A stretch of DNA of 64,000 nt from Desulfobacterales bacterium (GCA_963674755.2 CAXXVS010000002.1:2112001-2176000), one strand, 5' to 3'. Numbered from the stretch's first letter, positions 20,962-32,446 are shown. The notes: generated from the sequence alone by a model not told the origin. Program-made: numbers and translations.

Positions 20962-21867
20962 TTAGCGGAAACCGGCGGGAGTCGCCCTGATGCCCATCTC
21001 GATATAGGGCTGGTTGATCCCCTCGGGAAAGGGCGCAACCGGACTGGCCTTGCGAACCGCCCGATAGGCGGATTCGTCCAGATAACGGTTTCCGGACGGC
21101 TGTACGATTTTAATGTCCGTAATTTCGCCGTTGGGGAGAATCCGGAAGGTGATCCGTGTTTCCAGCTGTCCGTCGGCACCGGCCAACTGCTGGGAAAACG
21201 CCCAATTCTGGGCCACTGCCAGGGCCGCCTCAATCTTATAGTTCTCGATCCGGCTCAACACGGCACTGCCGCCTCCCCCTCCGCCGCCACCGCCCGTACC
21301 GGTGCCGGCCCCTACACCCGCACCTGAAACGGCGCGGGTCTTTTCCTGGGTTTGCACTTTTTGACGCATGGCTTCGATGGCTTTGGAGACATCGCGCGCG
21401 CGTGTCTTTGGGGCGGTTGGCGGCGTCGGCTGCTGGACGGCGGTCTTTGGGACGCTTTCCTTCTTGAGCGTCTTTTTCTTAAGCGATTTAACCACTTTCT
21501 GAATCTTAGGTTTGGGCGCAATGGGAACCGGCTCCGGCTTCGGTGCAGGAAGGGGCACGGCTTCCGAAGCGGGTGGGGGCGCCGCCGCCGGCTCCGGCGC
21601 TATATCCGCTGCAGGCGCCGCCGAAACAGGCGCTGCCGGGGCCGGCGAACCGGAGGGCAGTGAAACCAGATCGACACTGATAGCCCGGGGCGCCAGCCGG
21701 TGGGATGACGAAAAAGACGTCGGCATGACCGTTAGCAGGACAAAAAATACCACATGGCACAGGGCCGAAACCGCAAACATGGTCGCCACGTTGTGCGAAT
21801 CCTGCCCGTTGTCCCACACCATCGTTTGCTGCAAGTCGTCATTCATCACGGGTGGTCCTGCTGGCAC
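20962..21867 (-). CDS. tolA: TolA/TonB-family energy transducer
   Basis: S..CH TM motif, Pro/Ala/Lys-rich linker, C-terminal SGNRYLDESAYRAV; lies between tolR and tolB. Start uncertain. Confidence 0.82.
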   Translation of the reverse strand: MPAGPPVMNDDLQQTMVWDNGQDSHNVATMFAVSALCHVVFFVLLTVMPTSFSSSHRLAPRAISVDLVSLPSGSPAPAAPVSAAPAADIAPEPAAAPPPASEAVPLPAPKPEPVPIAPKPKIQKVVKSLKKKTLKKESVPKTAVQQPTPPTAPKTRARDVSKAIEAMRQKVQTQEKTRAVSGAGVGAGTGTGGGGGGGGGSAVLSRIENYKIEAALAVAQNWAFSQQLAGADGQLETRITFRILPNGEITDIKIVQPSGNRYLDESAYRAVRKASPVAPFPEGINQPYIEMGIRATPAGFR

Positions 21868-22292
21868 TATCCCTGGTTCGGGGGGCTTTCCGGGACGGGA
21901 AGGGTCACCATCCCAAGCTTGGCCACTCCCGTACTCCTGATTTCGGACATCACCTGCATGACCACCCCGTAAGGAATGGTCTTGTCCGCTTTGAGATAGA
22001 CGGTGCGGTCCTGGCGTGCCTCCAGAACCTTGCTGAGTTTAGCGGCAAAAATGTCCCGGCTGGTTTTGAAATCGTTGATAAACACCTGCCCCTCTTTGTC
22101 GATGGTCACCACCAGGGGTTCTTTTTCCGATTCCAGCGGCTGGGCGGTGGTTTGCGGCAGGTCCACATTGACGCCTTCCACCATCATGGGAGCTGTCACC
22201 ATGAAAATGATCAGCAGTACCAGCATCACATCCACGAAGGGCGTCACATTGATTTCCCCCATGAACCCTTTGTCGTTTCCGCCGGCCTGCAT
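21867..22292 (-). CDS. tolR: TolR (ExbD/TolR family)
   Basis: EINVTPFVDVMLVLLIIFMVTAPM, ADKTIPYG; real start is MQAGGND at 22292. Confidence 0.93.
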   Translation of the reverse strand: MQAGGNDKGFMGEINVTPFVDVMLVLLIIFMVTAPMMVEGVNVDLPQTTAQPLESEKEPLVVTIDKEGQVFINDFKTSRDIFAAKLSKVLEARQDRTVYLKADKTIPYGVVMQVMSEIRSTGVAKLGMVTLPVPESPPNQG

Positions 22293-23011
22293 TACGCGCC
22301 TCCTTTTCCCCTGAAGATATCCCGCTCCACCACATTCAGGAAATCCGCCGAAAAGCTGATCAATTCGGATTCCAGGGTACGAACCTTGCTCATAAAATAG
22401 TTGAAGGCAATCACCGCCGGAATGGCGGCCGCCAGCCCGACGGCGGTGGCCACCAAGGCTTCGGAAATGCCGGGTGCCACGACCGCCAGGCTCGCCGACC
22501 CCATCAGGCCGATGCCGTGGAAGGCGTTCATAATACCCCACACCGTACCGAACAGGCCGATAAAAGGCGTGGTGTTGCCCGTCGTGGCCAGAAAGGGCAC
22601 CATCTGGGTCATACGGGTGGTCTCGGTGTTGATGGCCCGCCGCAGGGCGCGTTTGACATTGTCGATACCGCCGGTACGGGCTCCGAGCGAGTTTCCCTCG
22701 GCCGGTGCCCCGTGTTTGCTGAGTTTGCGCAGTTCGAGGTAGGCCACCCGGAAAATGCGGGCCACGGGGCTGCCCTGCAACTGCTTGGATTTGGTAAAGG
22801 CGTCGGTGAGATCCCGGCTTTTCCAGAAGAACTCGATAAAAAGCGCCGATTCGCGAAAGGCCCGTCGCATGTAACGATATTTGACCAGAATAATCGCCCA
22901 TGACGAAATGGAAAAAAACACCAGCAGCAGCAACACCAACTGCACCACCGGCCCGGCGTTCATGACCATGTGAACGATATCTAATTTTGCGGAACCCATT
23001 GATTTCTCCAA
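22292..23011 (-). CDS. tolQ: TolQ (MotA/TolQ/ExbB family)
   Basis: PFIGLFGTVWGIM, VAPGISEALVATA, AIPAVIAFN. Start may be at 22999. Confidence 0.95.
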   Translation of the reverse strand: MEKSMGSAKLDIVHMVMNAGPVVQLVLLLLVFFSISSWAIILVKYRYMRRAFRESALFIEFFWKSRDLTDAFTKSKQLQGSPVARIFRVAYLELRKLSKHGAPAEGNSLGARTGGIDNVKRALRRAINTETTRMTQMVPFLATTGNTTPFIGLFGTVWGIMNAFHGIGLMGSASLAVVAPGISEALVATAVGLAAAIPAVIAFNYFMSKVRTLESELISFSADFLNVVERDIFRGKGGA

Positions 23012-23302
23012 ATACCGGTTGTTGAAGGCCGCCGTCAGCCAAGTCGATCTTTAGAACGCATCCCGTATCCGTATAAATTAAGGAACGCTATCCAAATTGC
23101 AGTGGGGTGTCAACTGCTTTGACATCGGACCGCCTCCCCCGATCCGTACCCGCCCGGGCACGGGACCCGCGGTCGTCAACGCCATTCGCATCCCCGGCGG
23201 TTATGCCGGTGGTTGCAATTCGTCGTCCCAATCCGTAAAAGACAGATTTAATATTATCGATTTCATCTTACCAGTTAACACGAATCAGGAGAAGTCCTAT
23301 CC

Positions 23303-23872
23303 ATGGAACGTCTCGCCCAATTGCTGTTTGAAGCCCGCAGTCTGAAGCGTCTGCCGCGCTCCGGCTACCAATTTTTAGGCCCCGGCCGCGAATCGGTGGC
23401 CGAACACAGCTTTACCACCACTTTTATTGCCTACGTTCTCGCGCAGATGGTTCCCGAGGTTGATGAGCACAAGCTGGTGACCATGAGCCTGGTGCATGAT
23501 CTGGCCGAAGCGCGTCTCGGCGACATCAACTATGTACAAAAATTTTACATCCAGGCGGACGAGGGTGCGGCCATGACGGACATGGCCGCCGGCCTGCCTT
23601 TCGGCGAAAATCTGAAAGCCCTCATGGAGGAATTCAATCGCGGGGAGGGCCTGGAAGCCCGTCTGGCCAGGGACGCCGATCAACTGGCCTTTCTGATCGA
23701 ACTCAAAGACCTGGCCGATCAGGGATATGCGCCCCCCTCGACCTGGATGGACAATGTCCGTCAACGGCTTCAAACCCCTATCGGATGCGCCCTGGCCGAC
23801 AGCATTCTGCAAACCCCTGCCGATAAGTGGTGGCGGCAAAAATTTATTGACAGAACGGAGCAGACCCAATAA
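23303..23872 (+). CDS. HD-domain phosphohydrolase (YfbR/HDDC2-like 5'-deoxynucleotidase)
   Basis: LKRLPRSG, ESVAEHS, HDLAEARLGD, DADQL. Confidence 0.88.
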   Translation: MERLAQLLFEARSLKRLPRSGYQFLGPGRESVAEHSFTTTFIAYVLAQMVPEVDEHKLVTMSLVHDLAEARLGDINYVQKFYIQADEGAAMTDMAAGLPFGENLKALMEEFNRGEGLEARLARDADQLAFLIELKDLADQGYAPPSTWMDNVRQRLQTPIGCALADSILQTPADKWWRQKFIDRTEQTQ

Positions 23873-24166
23873 GTGTTGAATCTTGTTTATTTATTAGTCG
23901 TAATTTGGCGGCATCCGTTCCGGAAGCCGGCCGAATCAGACGACGGGCCAGTGATTATGTTCCCAAACCCCATGATACGGTTGGCGGCCTTTCCCCGATC
24001 CGCTCCTTTACGCGCGACATCTTTCAAATCCTTTTTTCAGTCGAATGAGATACATCGAACAGCCTTCTTGCGACGGTGGGCGACCTAGTTTTTCCCTTCA
24101 GGCTTCGGTTTGTCTTGTAGGGGATGTTTTCCATAGAACCCTCAACCTCTGGAGAAAGCACAAACA

Positions 24167-24814
24167 ATGAAATGGTTGACGACAACCCTCGGCACATCCA
24201 TTGGTAAAAAACTGATGATGGCGGCAACCGGGCTGAGTTTCATCGGCTTTTTAGTGGTCCATCTGGCCGGCAATCTGACCCTCTACGGTGGCGCCGACGC
24301 CTTCAACAGCTATGCGGCCCATCTACACGCCTTAGGGCCGCTGCTGGCCGTGGCGGAATTCGTTCTGCTCGGTCTGTTTGCAATCCATGTCCTAAGCGGC
24401 CTGATCCTCTTCTGGCAAAATTTCAAAGCCCGCCCGTCGCGCTATGCCGTCAACCGCAACCCGGGGGGCAAGACCATCGGATCGGCCACCATGCCTTACA
24501 CCGGTCTTTTGATCCTGCTGTTCATCATTTTTCATCTGACCAACTTCAGCCGGTTTTTTATCGATCAAACGGGAACGACGATTTTTCAGATCGTCTCCAC
24601 CGCCTTTCAAAATCCGGTCTATGTCGGACTCTATGTGCTGGCCATGCTAACCGTGGCCCTGCACGTCAGCCATGGGTTCTGGAGCCTGTTTCAAACCTTC
24701 GGTCTGAACCATCCGAAATACATGCCCGCCATTAATGTGGGCGGCTTGATCATCAGCCTGGTGTTCGGTCTGGGGTTCGGATTTTTGCCGATTTACATTT
24801 CGTTCATCGCCTAA
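24167..24814 (+). CDS. sdhC: Succinate dehydrogenase/fumarate reductase cytochrome b subunit (b558 type)
   Basis: SIGKKLMMAATG, HLAGNL, heme-ligand histidines, HVSHGFWS. Confidence 0.92.
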   Translation: MKWLTTTLGTSIGKKLMMAATGLSFIGFLVVHLAGNLTLYGGADAFNSYAAHLHALGPLLAVAEFVLLGLFAIHVLSGLILFWQNFKARPSRYAVNRNPGGKTIGSATMPYTGLLILLFIIFHLTNFSRFFIDQTGTTIFQIVSTAFQNPVYVGLYVLAMLTVALHVSHGFWSLFQTFGLNHPKYMPAINVGGLIISLVFGLGFGFLPIYISFIA

Positions 24815-24826
24815 GGAGGACTATCA

Positions 24827-26740
24827 ATGCAATTGGATGGAAAAACCCCCAGCGGGCCGCTCCAGAACAAATGGGATAAATATCGCTTTGAAACCAAGCT
24901 GGTCAACCCGGCCAACAAGCGCAAATATTCGATCATCGTCGTGGGAACCGGTCTGGCAGGCAGCTCTGCTTCGGCTTCGCTGGCCGAGTTGGGGTATAAT
25001 GTCAAAACGTTCTGCATCCAAGACAGCCCGCGCCGCGCGCATAGTATCGCCGCCCAGGGCGGTATCAACGCCGCCAAGAACTACCCCAACGACGGCGACA
25101 GCATCTGGCGCCTGTTCTACGACACGGTCAAGGGCGGCGATTTTCGGTCCCGGGAAGCGAATGTCTATCGCCTGGCCCAGGTGAGCAACAATATTATCGA
25201 TCAATGCGTGGCCCAGGGGGTACCCTTCGCCCGCGAGTACGGGGGGATGCTGGCCAATCGCAGCTTTGGTGGCGCCCAGGTATCGCGCACCTTTTATGCC
25301 CGGGGGCAGACCGGTCAGCAGCTTCTGCTGGGGGCTTACAGCGCCCTGTCCCGGCAGATTGCGGCCGGCAAGGTTCAGATGTTCACCCGCCGCGAACTGG
25401 TGGACATCGTCATCGTGGGGGATAAAACCCGGGGCATCATCGTTCGCAATCTCATCTCGGGCGAAATGGAGCGCTATGCCGCGGATGCCGTCATTCTCGC
25501 CACCGGCGGCTACGGCACGGTCTTTTATCTCTCCACCAATGCGGACTCCTGCAACGTCGGCGCGGCTTTCAAGGCTTACAAGCGCGGCGCCCTCTTCGCC
25601 AACCCCTGCTTTACCCAAATCCACCCGACCTGCATCCCCCACACGGGAGACTATCAGGCCAAGCTGACCCTTATGAGCGAAAGCCTGCGCAACGACGGCC
25701 GGGTCTGGGTGCCCAAGGATCCCAGCGACAACCGCCCCCCCAACCAGATTCCGGAAGAAGAGCGCAGCTACTACCTGGAAGAGAAGTATCCCAGCTTCGG
25801 CAATCTGGTGCCACGGGACGTGGCCAGCCGCAATGCCAAGGAGCAATGCGACGCCGGACGGGGGGTCGGGCCTACCCGGTATGCGGTCTACCTCGACTTC
25901 GCCGACGCCATCAAACGCGACGGTAAAGAGGTGATCCGCCGCAAATACGGCAACCTGTTCGATATGTACCAAAACATTACGGACGACAACCCCTACGAGA
26001 CGCCCATGATGATCTATCCGGCCTCCCACTACACCATGGGCGGGCTGTGGGTGGATTACGAATTGCAGACCACCATCCCCGGGCTCTTTTCCCTGGGCGA
26101 AAGCAATTTCTCGGACCACGGCGCCAACCGTTTGGGGGCCAGCGCCCTCATGCAGGGCCTGGCCGACGGCTATTTCGTCATTCCTTACACCATCGGCCCC
26201 TACCTGGCCATCAACGGTGTTTCCGATATCACGGAAGATCATCAGGCTTTCCGCGACACGGCTCAGCAGGCCCAGGAACGCGATCAGAAATTGTTGTCCA
26301 TCGACGGCAAGCAGACCGTGCGGGACATTCACCGGCGGCTGGGCAAGATCATGGTCGAATATGTGGGGATGGCCCGCAATGAGGCCGGCCTTGAAAAAGC
26401 CATCGAGGAAATCCGCAGTTTACGGGAAGAATTTTGGAAGGATGTCAAGGTGCCCGGAACCGCAGCGGATTACAACCTCAGCCTCCAGAAGGCCGGCCGT
26501 GTGGCCGATTTCCTGGAATTTGCCGAAGTCATGGCCCTGGACGCACTGAAACGCGACGAGTCCTGCGGGTGCCATCTCCGGGAGGAGCACCAGACCGAAG
26601 AAAACGAAGCCCAGCGGGACGATGCCAACTTTTGTCACGTGGCGGCCTGGGAATATGATGGCTACGGCAATACGCCGAAGCTTCACAAAGAGCCTCTGGA
26701 ATTTGAGAATGTCGAATTAACGCAAAGGAGCTACAAGTGA
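24827..26740 (+). CDS. sdhA: Succinate dehydrogenase/fumarate reductase flavoprotein
   Basis: [37 protein letters not shown]. Confidence 0.96.
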   Translation: MQLDGKTPSGPLQNKWDKYRFETKLVNPANKRKYSIIVVGTGLAGSSASASLAELGYNVKTFCIQDSPRRAHSIAAQGGINAAKNYPNDGDSIWRLFYDTVKGGDFRSREANVYRLAQVSNNIIDQCVAQGVPFAREYGGMLANRSFGGAQVSRTFYARGQTGQQLLLGAYSALSRQIAAGKVQMFTRRELVDIVIVGDKTRGIIVRNLISGEMERYAADAVILATGGYGTVFYLSTNADSCNVGAAFKAYKRGALFANPCFTQIHPTCIPHTGDYQAKLTLMSESLRNDGRVWVPKDPSDNRPPNQIPEEERSYYLEEKYPSFGNLVPRDVASRNAKEQCDAGRGVGPTRYAVYLDFADAIKRDGKEVIRRKYGNLFDMYQNITDDNPYETPMMIYPASHYTMGGLWVDYELQTTIPGLFSLGESNFSDHGANRLGASALMQGLADGYFVIPYTIGPYLAINGVSDITEDHQAFRDTAQQAQERDQKLLSIDGKQTVRDIHRRLGKIMVEYVGMARNEAGLEKAIEEIRSLREEFWKDVKVPGTAADYNLSLQKAGRVADFLEFAEVMALDALKRDESCGCHLREEHQTEENEAQRDDANFCHVAAWEYDGYGNTPKLHKEPLEFENVELTQRSYK

Positions 26741-27513
26741 CGACGACGGGAGAACACACCATCAATATAACGCTGAAGGTCTGGCGTCAGAAAGGCCCGC
26801 AGGCTAAGGGACGTTTTGAAACCATTCCGGTCCGGGATGTTGAGACCCACATGTCGTTTCTGGAAATGCTCGATGTGGTCAACGAGAAGCTGACCCTGGA
26901 GGGCAAGGAGCCCATTGCCTTTGACAACGACTGCCGCGAAGGGATCTGCGGGATGTGCGGCTGTGTCGTGGACGGTGTCGCCCACGGGCCTGCGAAAGCC
27001 ATGACCCTCTGCCAGCTGCACATGCGCAAATTCGCCGATGGGGATGTCATCGCCATCGAACCCTGGCGGGCCAGGGCGTTCAAAGTGGTCAAGGACCTGA
27101 TCGTCGATCGGAGCCCGCTGGATAAAATCATCCAGGCGGGGGGGTTCGTTTCGGTCAACACCGGATCACCCCAGGATGCCAATGCCATCCCCGTCCCCAT
27201 GGAAGTGGCGGAAAAAGCCATGGATGCCGCCGCCTGCATTGGCTGCGGCGCCTGTGTCGCGGCCTGCCCGAATGCATCCGCCATGCTGTTTGTGAGTGCC
27301 AAGGTGTCGCAGTTGGCCCTCCTGCCCCAGGGCCGGCCCGAAGCCGCACAACGCGCCATGTCCATGGTCAAAACCATGGATGATCTGCTCTTTGGCAATT
27401 GTTCGAATCACCGGGTATGTGAAGCGGTGTGCCCCAAAGAGATCTCCATCGTCAATATCGCCCGGCTGAACCGCGAATTTATCAAGGCCGGGTTCAGCTC
27501 CGAAGCTGTGTGA
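26737..27513 (+). CDS. sdhB: Succinate dehydrogenase/fumarate reductase iron-sulfur subunit
   Basis: [32 protein letters not shown]. Confidence 0.96.
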   Translation: MTTTGEHTINITLKVWRQKGPQAKGRFETIPVRDVETHMSFLEMLDVVNEKLTLEGKEPIAFDNDCREGICGMCGCVVDGVAHGPAKAMTLCQLHMRKFADGDVIAIEPWRARAFKVVKDLIVDRSPLDKIIQAGGFVSVNTGSPQDANAIPVPMEVAEKAMDAAACIGCGACVAACPNASAMLFVSAKVSQLALLPQGRPEAAQRAMSMVKTMDDLLFGNCSNHRVCEAVCPKEISIVNIARLNREFIKAGFSSEAV

Positions 27514-27679
27514 CATTGTCCCAATACAGTTTGCCGGCCGGCAGGGCCTTTATCCTCCGGTCGGCGGACTTTGTCTTTTGCCCGCCGCGACCCGTAAATA
27601 ACGAATTGCTGAACGGCGTGGAACGCCCCTGTTGCATCTGTCGCAGCGCAGGGGACCCGACAATAGGTAAATCAAAGCC

Positions 27680-28804
27680 ATGGAATTCATCGACCGACTG
27701 CTCCAATGGCTCTCCGCTTTGCCGGGGACTCAGACGGCTTATGGCCTGATTGCCTATAAATCTGCGGCCGCCATACTGGGATTTCTGGTCGTATGGCTCA
27801 TTTTGAAGGTCGTCTTGCACCGGGTAGGACACCGTCTGCAACGCTATCCGTTTTTTGAAGAAAATCAGCACGTCTTCAAAGCCTTCCGCCGTGCATTGCG
27901 TTATGGATTAATCCTCTTCGCCGGCACTTACATTGCACGGCTTCTCGAGCTGGCCCTGCTGGGGAAAATTTTTCAGGGCGTGCTGATCATCATGCTGGCC
28001 TCCCCCGCCAAAGACGTTTTAATCACCGCCTTGACCTATCTGGAAAAGAATGTTGCCGATCGGACCGCCAACAAGGTCGACGACATCATCTTCGATCTTC
28101 TCAACCGTTTTTCCGGCGCGATCCTCTATGTAACGGCTGTAATTCTGGCGTTGGACATCGTGGGCATCAATGTGATGCCGTTTATCGCCGGGGCGGGTGT
28201 GGCCGGCATTGCGATCGGCTTCGCCGCCAAGGACACCCTTTCGAACCTGATTGCCGGTGTCCTGCTGATCATTGACCGCCCGTTTGAAATCGGCGACCGG
28301 ATCGAAGTCTGGAGCGCACCCGCCGGGAGTGCCACCTGGGGTGACGTCGTTGATATCGGGCTGCGGGCCACCAAGATCAAGACCACCGACAACATTGTCA
28401 TTATCATCCCCAATAACGAAATCATGAAACGCGATATCGTCAATTACACGATTATCAGCACGCTGATCCGGGTGCGGGTCAATATCGGGGTTTCCTATGA
28501 AGCCGACATCCGCAAGGCCAAGGATATCATCGTTGATGTCGCCCGACGAATGGAATGGGTATCGGCATCTCCCCCGCCCAAGGTAGTCGTGCGCAAGTTC
28601 GGGGACTCATCCGTGGATCTGCAGCTACGCGTATGGATTCAGGATGCCCGCCGTCGCATGGACACGATTTCCTTTGTGATCGACAACGTCAAGGAAGCCT
28701 TTGATCGGGCCGGCATTGAAATCCCCTACCCCAAGCGGGATATCCAGGTCCGCTATAGCGGTCCCCCTTCCCCCCTGCCAGGGGACCGCCTGCCGCCCGT
28801 ATAA
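27680..28804 (+). CDS. Small-conductance mechanosensitive channel (MscS family)
   Basis: GIAIGFAAKDTLSNLIAG, PFEIGDRIE, IGLRAT, IPNN, GIEIPYP. Confidence 0.93.
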   Translation: MEFIDRLLQWLSALPGTQTAYGLIAYKSAAAILGFLVVWLILKVVLHRVGHRLQRYPFFEENQHVFKAFRRALRYGLILFAGTYIARLLELALLGKIFQGVLIIMLASPAKDVLITALTYLEKNVADRTANKVDDIIFDLLNRFSGAILYVTAVILALDIVGINVMPFIAGAGVAGIAIGFAAKDTLSNLIAGVLLIIDRPFEIGDRIEVWSAPAGSATWGDVVDIGLRATKIKTTDNIVIIIPNNEIMKRDIVNYTIISTLIRVRVNIGVSYEADIRKAKDIIVDVARRMEWVSASPPPKVVVRKFGDSSVDLQLRVWIQDARRRMDTISFVIDNVKEAFDRAGIEIPYPKRDIQVRYSGPPSPLPGDRLPPV

Positions 28805-29035
28805 CTCCCTTGGCGCGAGGGCCTTGGGGCATGCCCATCTTCTGTCAACGACAATCAATCATTTCCATCTTCGAAAAAAAAGCGCCGGGCCAAATAGGCC
28901 GAAAGGATCGGGCGGACACCTCTCCGACGATGGCCCTCGGTAGGGGCCGTTGACCAAGGGTGAAACATTTGGACTTGATTCCCCGGCCAATAACCACTAT
29001 GGTTCTCGTTTATTTCAACGAGGCCCATTTCTGTC

Positions 29036-29731
29036 ATGCAACTCAGCATCGAAAAAATTGCCCACGCCCTGGCGCTTCCCAAAGGTAAAATCGAACGGTG
29101 GATCCGTCAGGGCCGCATTCCTTTGGTCCGTCAGGACAATGTCTGCACCTTTGATCAACAGGCCCTTGAACGATGGGCATCCCAGAACAACCTTGCCTTT
29201 CGCCCGGATGAGCCCCAGATGCCGCCATGCGTTCCTTCCAATGAGAACAGCTTGACGGCGGCGCTTAAGAACGGAGGGGCTCATTACGATGTGGTCGGCA
29301 CCCAGACCGGGGAAGTCTTTCAATCCGCGGTGGATCGGCTCGATTCTATCCCCCCGGCCAACAAAGCCCTGCTCGTGGAAAAATTGATCGAACGGGAGTC
29401 GCTGGCCTCCACCGGAATCGGGAAAGGCATCGCCATTCCCCATCCCCGCAATCCGGAATCGATCGGCATCTGTAACCCCGCGGTAGCCGCATGCTTCCTG
29501 TCCACACCCATCGAATTTCATGCCCTGGACGGCCGCCCGGTTGCGATCCTGTTCATCCTGCTGTCCCCTTCGGTGCAGACCCACCTGCAGATTCTCTCCA
29601 AACTGTCCTTCTGCCTCCGGCAGGAGGACTTTGTCGCGTTTCTTAAAACGCCTCCCCAGCCGGAGACCCTGATGTCCCGCTTGGGCCAGATGGAACGTCT
29701 CTGCGATACGCGCGACCTGCGGCAGGGGTAG
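29036..29731 (+). CDS. PTS EIIA (Ntr/fructose-type) domain with an N-terminal excisionase-like HTH
   Basis: N-terminal ...IERWIRQGRIP; RESLASTGIGKGIAIPHPR with phospho-His; ALDGRPV. Confidence 0.88.
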   Translation: MQLSIEKIAHALALPKGKIERWIRQGRIPLVRQDNVCTFDQQALERWASQNNLAFRPDEPQMPPCVPSNENSLTAALKNGGAHYDVVGTQTGEVFQSAVDRLDSIPPANKALLVEKLIERESLASTGIGKGIAIPHPRNPESIGICNPAVAACFLSTPIEFHALDGRPVAILFILLSPSVQTHLQILSKLSFCLRQEDFVAFLKTPPQPETLMSRLGQMERLCDTRDLRQG

Positions 29732-29734
29732 CCC

Positions 29735-31468
29735 ATGCGCATCTTCACGACCTGGCGACGCCCTGCTACGTGGCACGTGTTCCGATCGGACGACCGCCTT
29801 TTGTTGATTATCGCCGGCGCAGCCGTCGGCATCTGCAGCGGCGTGGCGGCCGTGGCGTTGAACCAAGCCCTCGTTACGGTGCTGGGCTGGCTGCATCCTT
29901 ATCGCACGAATGGGTGGGCAATTCTGCTGCCCGCAGCGGGAGCGGCCCTGTCCTCCCTGTTTCTTAATAAGATCATGCGTGAAGGCGCCGGCCATGGCGT
30001 GCCGGAAGTGATCTACAGTGTATCGCGCTACGGCGGATTGATGCGGCTGCGATCCAGCTTCTCCCGGCTGATATCAAGCTGTCTGACCATCGGCAGCGGC
30101 GGCTCGGCCGGACCGGAAGCGCCCATCGTAATGAGCGGTTCGGCCATCGGCTCCAACATCGCCCGCCTGCTCAGCCTCAACGACCGCCAGCGGGTCACCC
30201 TCGTGGGATGCGGGGCGGCCGGCGCCATCTCGGCGATTTTCAACGCGCCCATCAGTGGCGTGATCTTTTCCATGGAAGTCATTCTCGGCGAATGGGCCGC
30301 CTCCCACCTGATCCCGATCGCCATTGCGGCCGTGGCCGGGACCGAAATCAGCTATTTGCTGCAGGGCCGGCAAATTCCTTTTTCCCATCAGCAATTCAAC
30401 ATCGGACTCATCGAAATCCTGGCCTGTATCGGCCTGGCGGTGCTCTCCGCCCTGGCCTCGATCGTATTGACCCGCGCCATTCGGACGGTCCATCACCGCG
30501 CCAATCACATCCGATGGCCGGCCTGGCTGAAAGCTGCCGGCGGCGGGTGTATGGTGGGCCTTATCGGCCTCTACCTCCCAATGGTGCTCGGGGAAGGGTA
30601 TCACACGATCCGTGAAATGATCGAAGGCCATTTTGCACCGGGCATCGGGTTGGTCTTTCTGGCCTGTCTGGCCAAAACTATCGCTACGGCCCTGACCCTC
30701 GGATCGGGAGGGTCGGGCGGCATATTCGCCCCCTGCCTCGTGCTTGGCAGTTTTGTCGGTCTAAGCTACCATCGGATTCTGCTATACCTGTGGCCGGCCT
30801 TCAATTGGGTTCAGGAGGGATGTTTCGTTTTGCTGGGCATGGCCGGTCTTATCAGCGGCATGCTCCAGGCGCCCCTCACCGGCATCTTTTTGATCGTCGA
30901 AATCACCGGCGGCTACGAAGTCATTTTGCCGCTGATCATCGTATCGGCCATATCCACCAGTCTGTGCCACTATTTCGAAACGGCCTCGTTCTATCTCAAG
31001 GACCTGGTGGATAACGGGCAGCTACTGCGCCCCGGCACCGATGCCCGCGTCCTGGCGGACCTCGAAATCCGCGAACTGCTGGAAACGGACTGTATCTCCG
31101 TGCATGCCGATATGCTGCTGCGGGATTTTATCGACATCGTCAAACATTCCCGGCGCAACCTCTTCCCTGTCGAAGACCGCCAGACCGGCCATTTTCTGGG
31201 AATGATCTACATGGACCATGTCCGGCCCTACCTTTTCGACCCCCTCATGTACGACACGGTACTCGTGGGGCAACTCATGGATACCCAGGTCAAGACCGTC
31301 GCCCCGGACGATGATGTTCTGGAAGTGCTGGAGCGGATGGACGCCGATCACTTGTTCAACATGCCGGTAGTCGCCAATCAGCGCTTCATCGGCATGATTT
31401 CTAAATCCACGCTGCTGGACCAATACCGCAAGGAACTGATGGTGCAAACCTACCATCTCAACCGGTAA
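29735..31468 (+). CDS. ClC-family chloride channel/antiporter with C-terminal CBS pair
   Basis: GHGVPE, GSAGPEAP, IFNAPISG..FSMEV, GGIFAP, CBS domains. Confidence 0.93.
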   Translation: MRIFTTWRRPATWHVFRSDDRLLLIIAGAAVGICSGVAAVALNQALVTVLGWLHPYRTNGWAILLPAAGAALSSLFLNKIMREGAGHGVPEVIYSVSRYGGLMRLRSSFSRLISSCLTIGSGGSAGPEAPIVMSGSAIGSNIARLLSLNDRQRVTLVGCGAAGAISAIFNAPISGVIFSMEVILGEWAASHLIPIAIAAVAGTEISYLLQGRQIPFSHQQFNIGLIEILACIGLAVLSALASIVLTRAIRTVHHRANHIRWPAWLKAAGGGCMVGLIGLYLPMVLGEGYHTIREMIEGHFAPGIGLVFLACLAKTIATALTLGSGGSGGIFAPCLVLGSFVGLSYHRILLYLWPAFNWVQEGCFVLLGMAGLISGMLQAPLTGIFLIVEITGGYEVILPLIIVSAISTSLCHYFETASFYLKDLVDNGQLLRPGTDARVLADLEIRELLETDCISVHADMLLRDFIDIVKHSRRNLFPVEDRQTGHFLGMIYMDHVRPYLFDPLMYDTVLVGQLMDTQVKTVAPDDDVLEVLERMDADHLFNMPVVANQRFIGMISKSTLLDQYRKELMVQTYHLNR

Positions 31469-31478
31469 GGAGGCGATT

Positions 31479-32306
31479 ATGCACAGCCAGCTTCTGCACA
31501 TCTTCCGCAACACCCCCCTGGGCCGTGAAAGCTTTATGCAATCGCTCTACTTTTGTAAAAACGTGGGCGCCACCCCGGTCGTTCATATCCCCAAGCATAT
31601 CAAGTTCCTCATGTATTTTGACAACGATGTGGTCCAGGTGGATTTGGACGGATCTTACCTTACCGATTCCGCAACGGCCGAAGCCCACGCCCTGGAACTG
31701 ATCACAAGCTATGATCTGACACCCAAATTCCTGACACCCAAAAATTTTACGGCCTCCACGCTCCCGGACATCCCCACCAATTTCGACTTCATGTGCTGCC
31801 CCCGCAGCATCAGCGACTTGTCATCCAAAATCGGCTTGGGCTATATCGGCCCGCGCGTCAGGCGTATCGTCGCCTCCGCACGATTTCCGGTCCTCATCAC
31901 CAGCCCGGTCTTCAAACCCTGGAAGCGGCTGGCGGTATTTTTCGGCGGGTCGGCCAACGCCTTGAACGCCTTGAAGCTGGGGCTGCGTCTGGCCCGTGAG
32001 ACAGGGGTTCCCCTGGATATCTTCACCCAGGCCGAAAACCATTCACGGGAAGACTATGAAGCCATTGTTCAGGAGAGCAACCTGAAGGAAGAATTTGAGC
32101 GGCTCCAGCAACGCTGGACCTTTTTTGAGGAAGGCACCTTCGAGAGCAATCTCTATCAAGTGCCGCACGACGCCCTTGTCATCTTAGGGGCGTGCGGTCA
32201 CGGCCTGATTCGCGACCTCGTCTTTGGCAGCAAGATGGAAGAAATCCAATCCACGATCCCCAATAATCTCCTCATCGTGGGACCGTATTACACGGCCGGA
32301 CTTTAA
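31479..32306 (+). CDS. Universal stress protein family (tandem USP-like)
   Basis: ARFPVLI, FGGSANA, LGACGHGLIRDLVFGS. Confidence 0.8.
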   Translation: MHSQLLHIFRNTPLGRESFMQSLYFCKNVGATPVVHIPKHIKFLMYFDNDVVQVDLDGSYLTDSATAEAHALELITSYDLTPKFLTPKNFTASTLPDIPTNFDFMCCPRSISDLSSKIGLGYIGPRVRRIVASARFPVLITSPVFKPWKRLAVFFGGSANALNALKLGLRLARETGVPLDIFTQAENHSREDYEAIVQESNLKEEFERLQQRWTFFEEGTFESNLYQVPHDALVILGACGHGLIRDLVFGSKMEEIQSTIPNNLLIVGPYYTAGL

Positions 32307-32446
32307 TCAGGACAACAGAATTAGTCATCGCTTGCCCGCCCGGGGGAGATATTGGGCGGACTTTAGCGCGCCTCCAGGTGGATGCGCTGTGTGTGATGAT
32401 GGCAACGGCGATGATTTGGTTTCCCCAGGAAAACCGGGCGCCTCGA

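Noticed and set aside
21867..23042. TolR frame stays open across the whole of tolQ (391 aa), suggesting a TolQ-TolR frameshift fusion
   Set aside because: The extension is not protein-like, tolR has its own ATG with a GGAGG RBS at the tolQ stop, and no convincing slippery site is seen.
24824..26332. 502-aa ORF antisense to sdhA
   Set aside because: Same shadow-ORF artefact.
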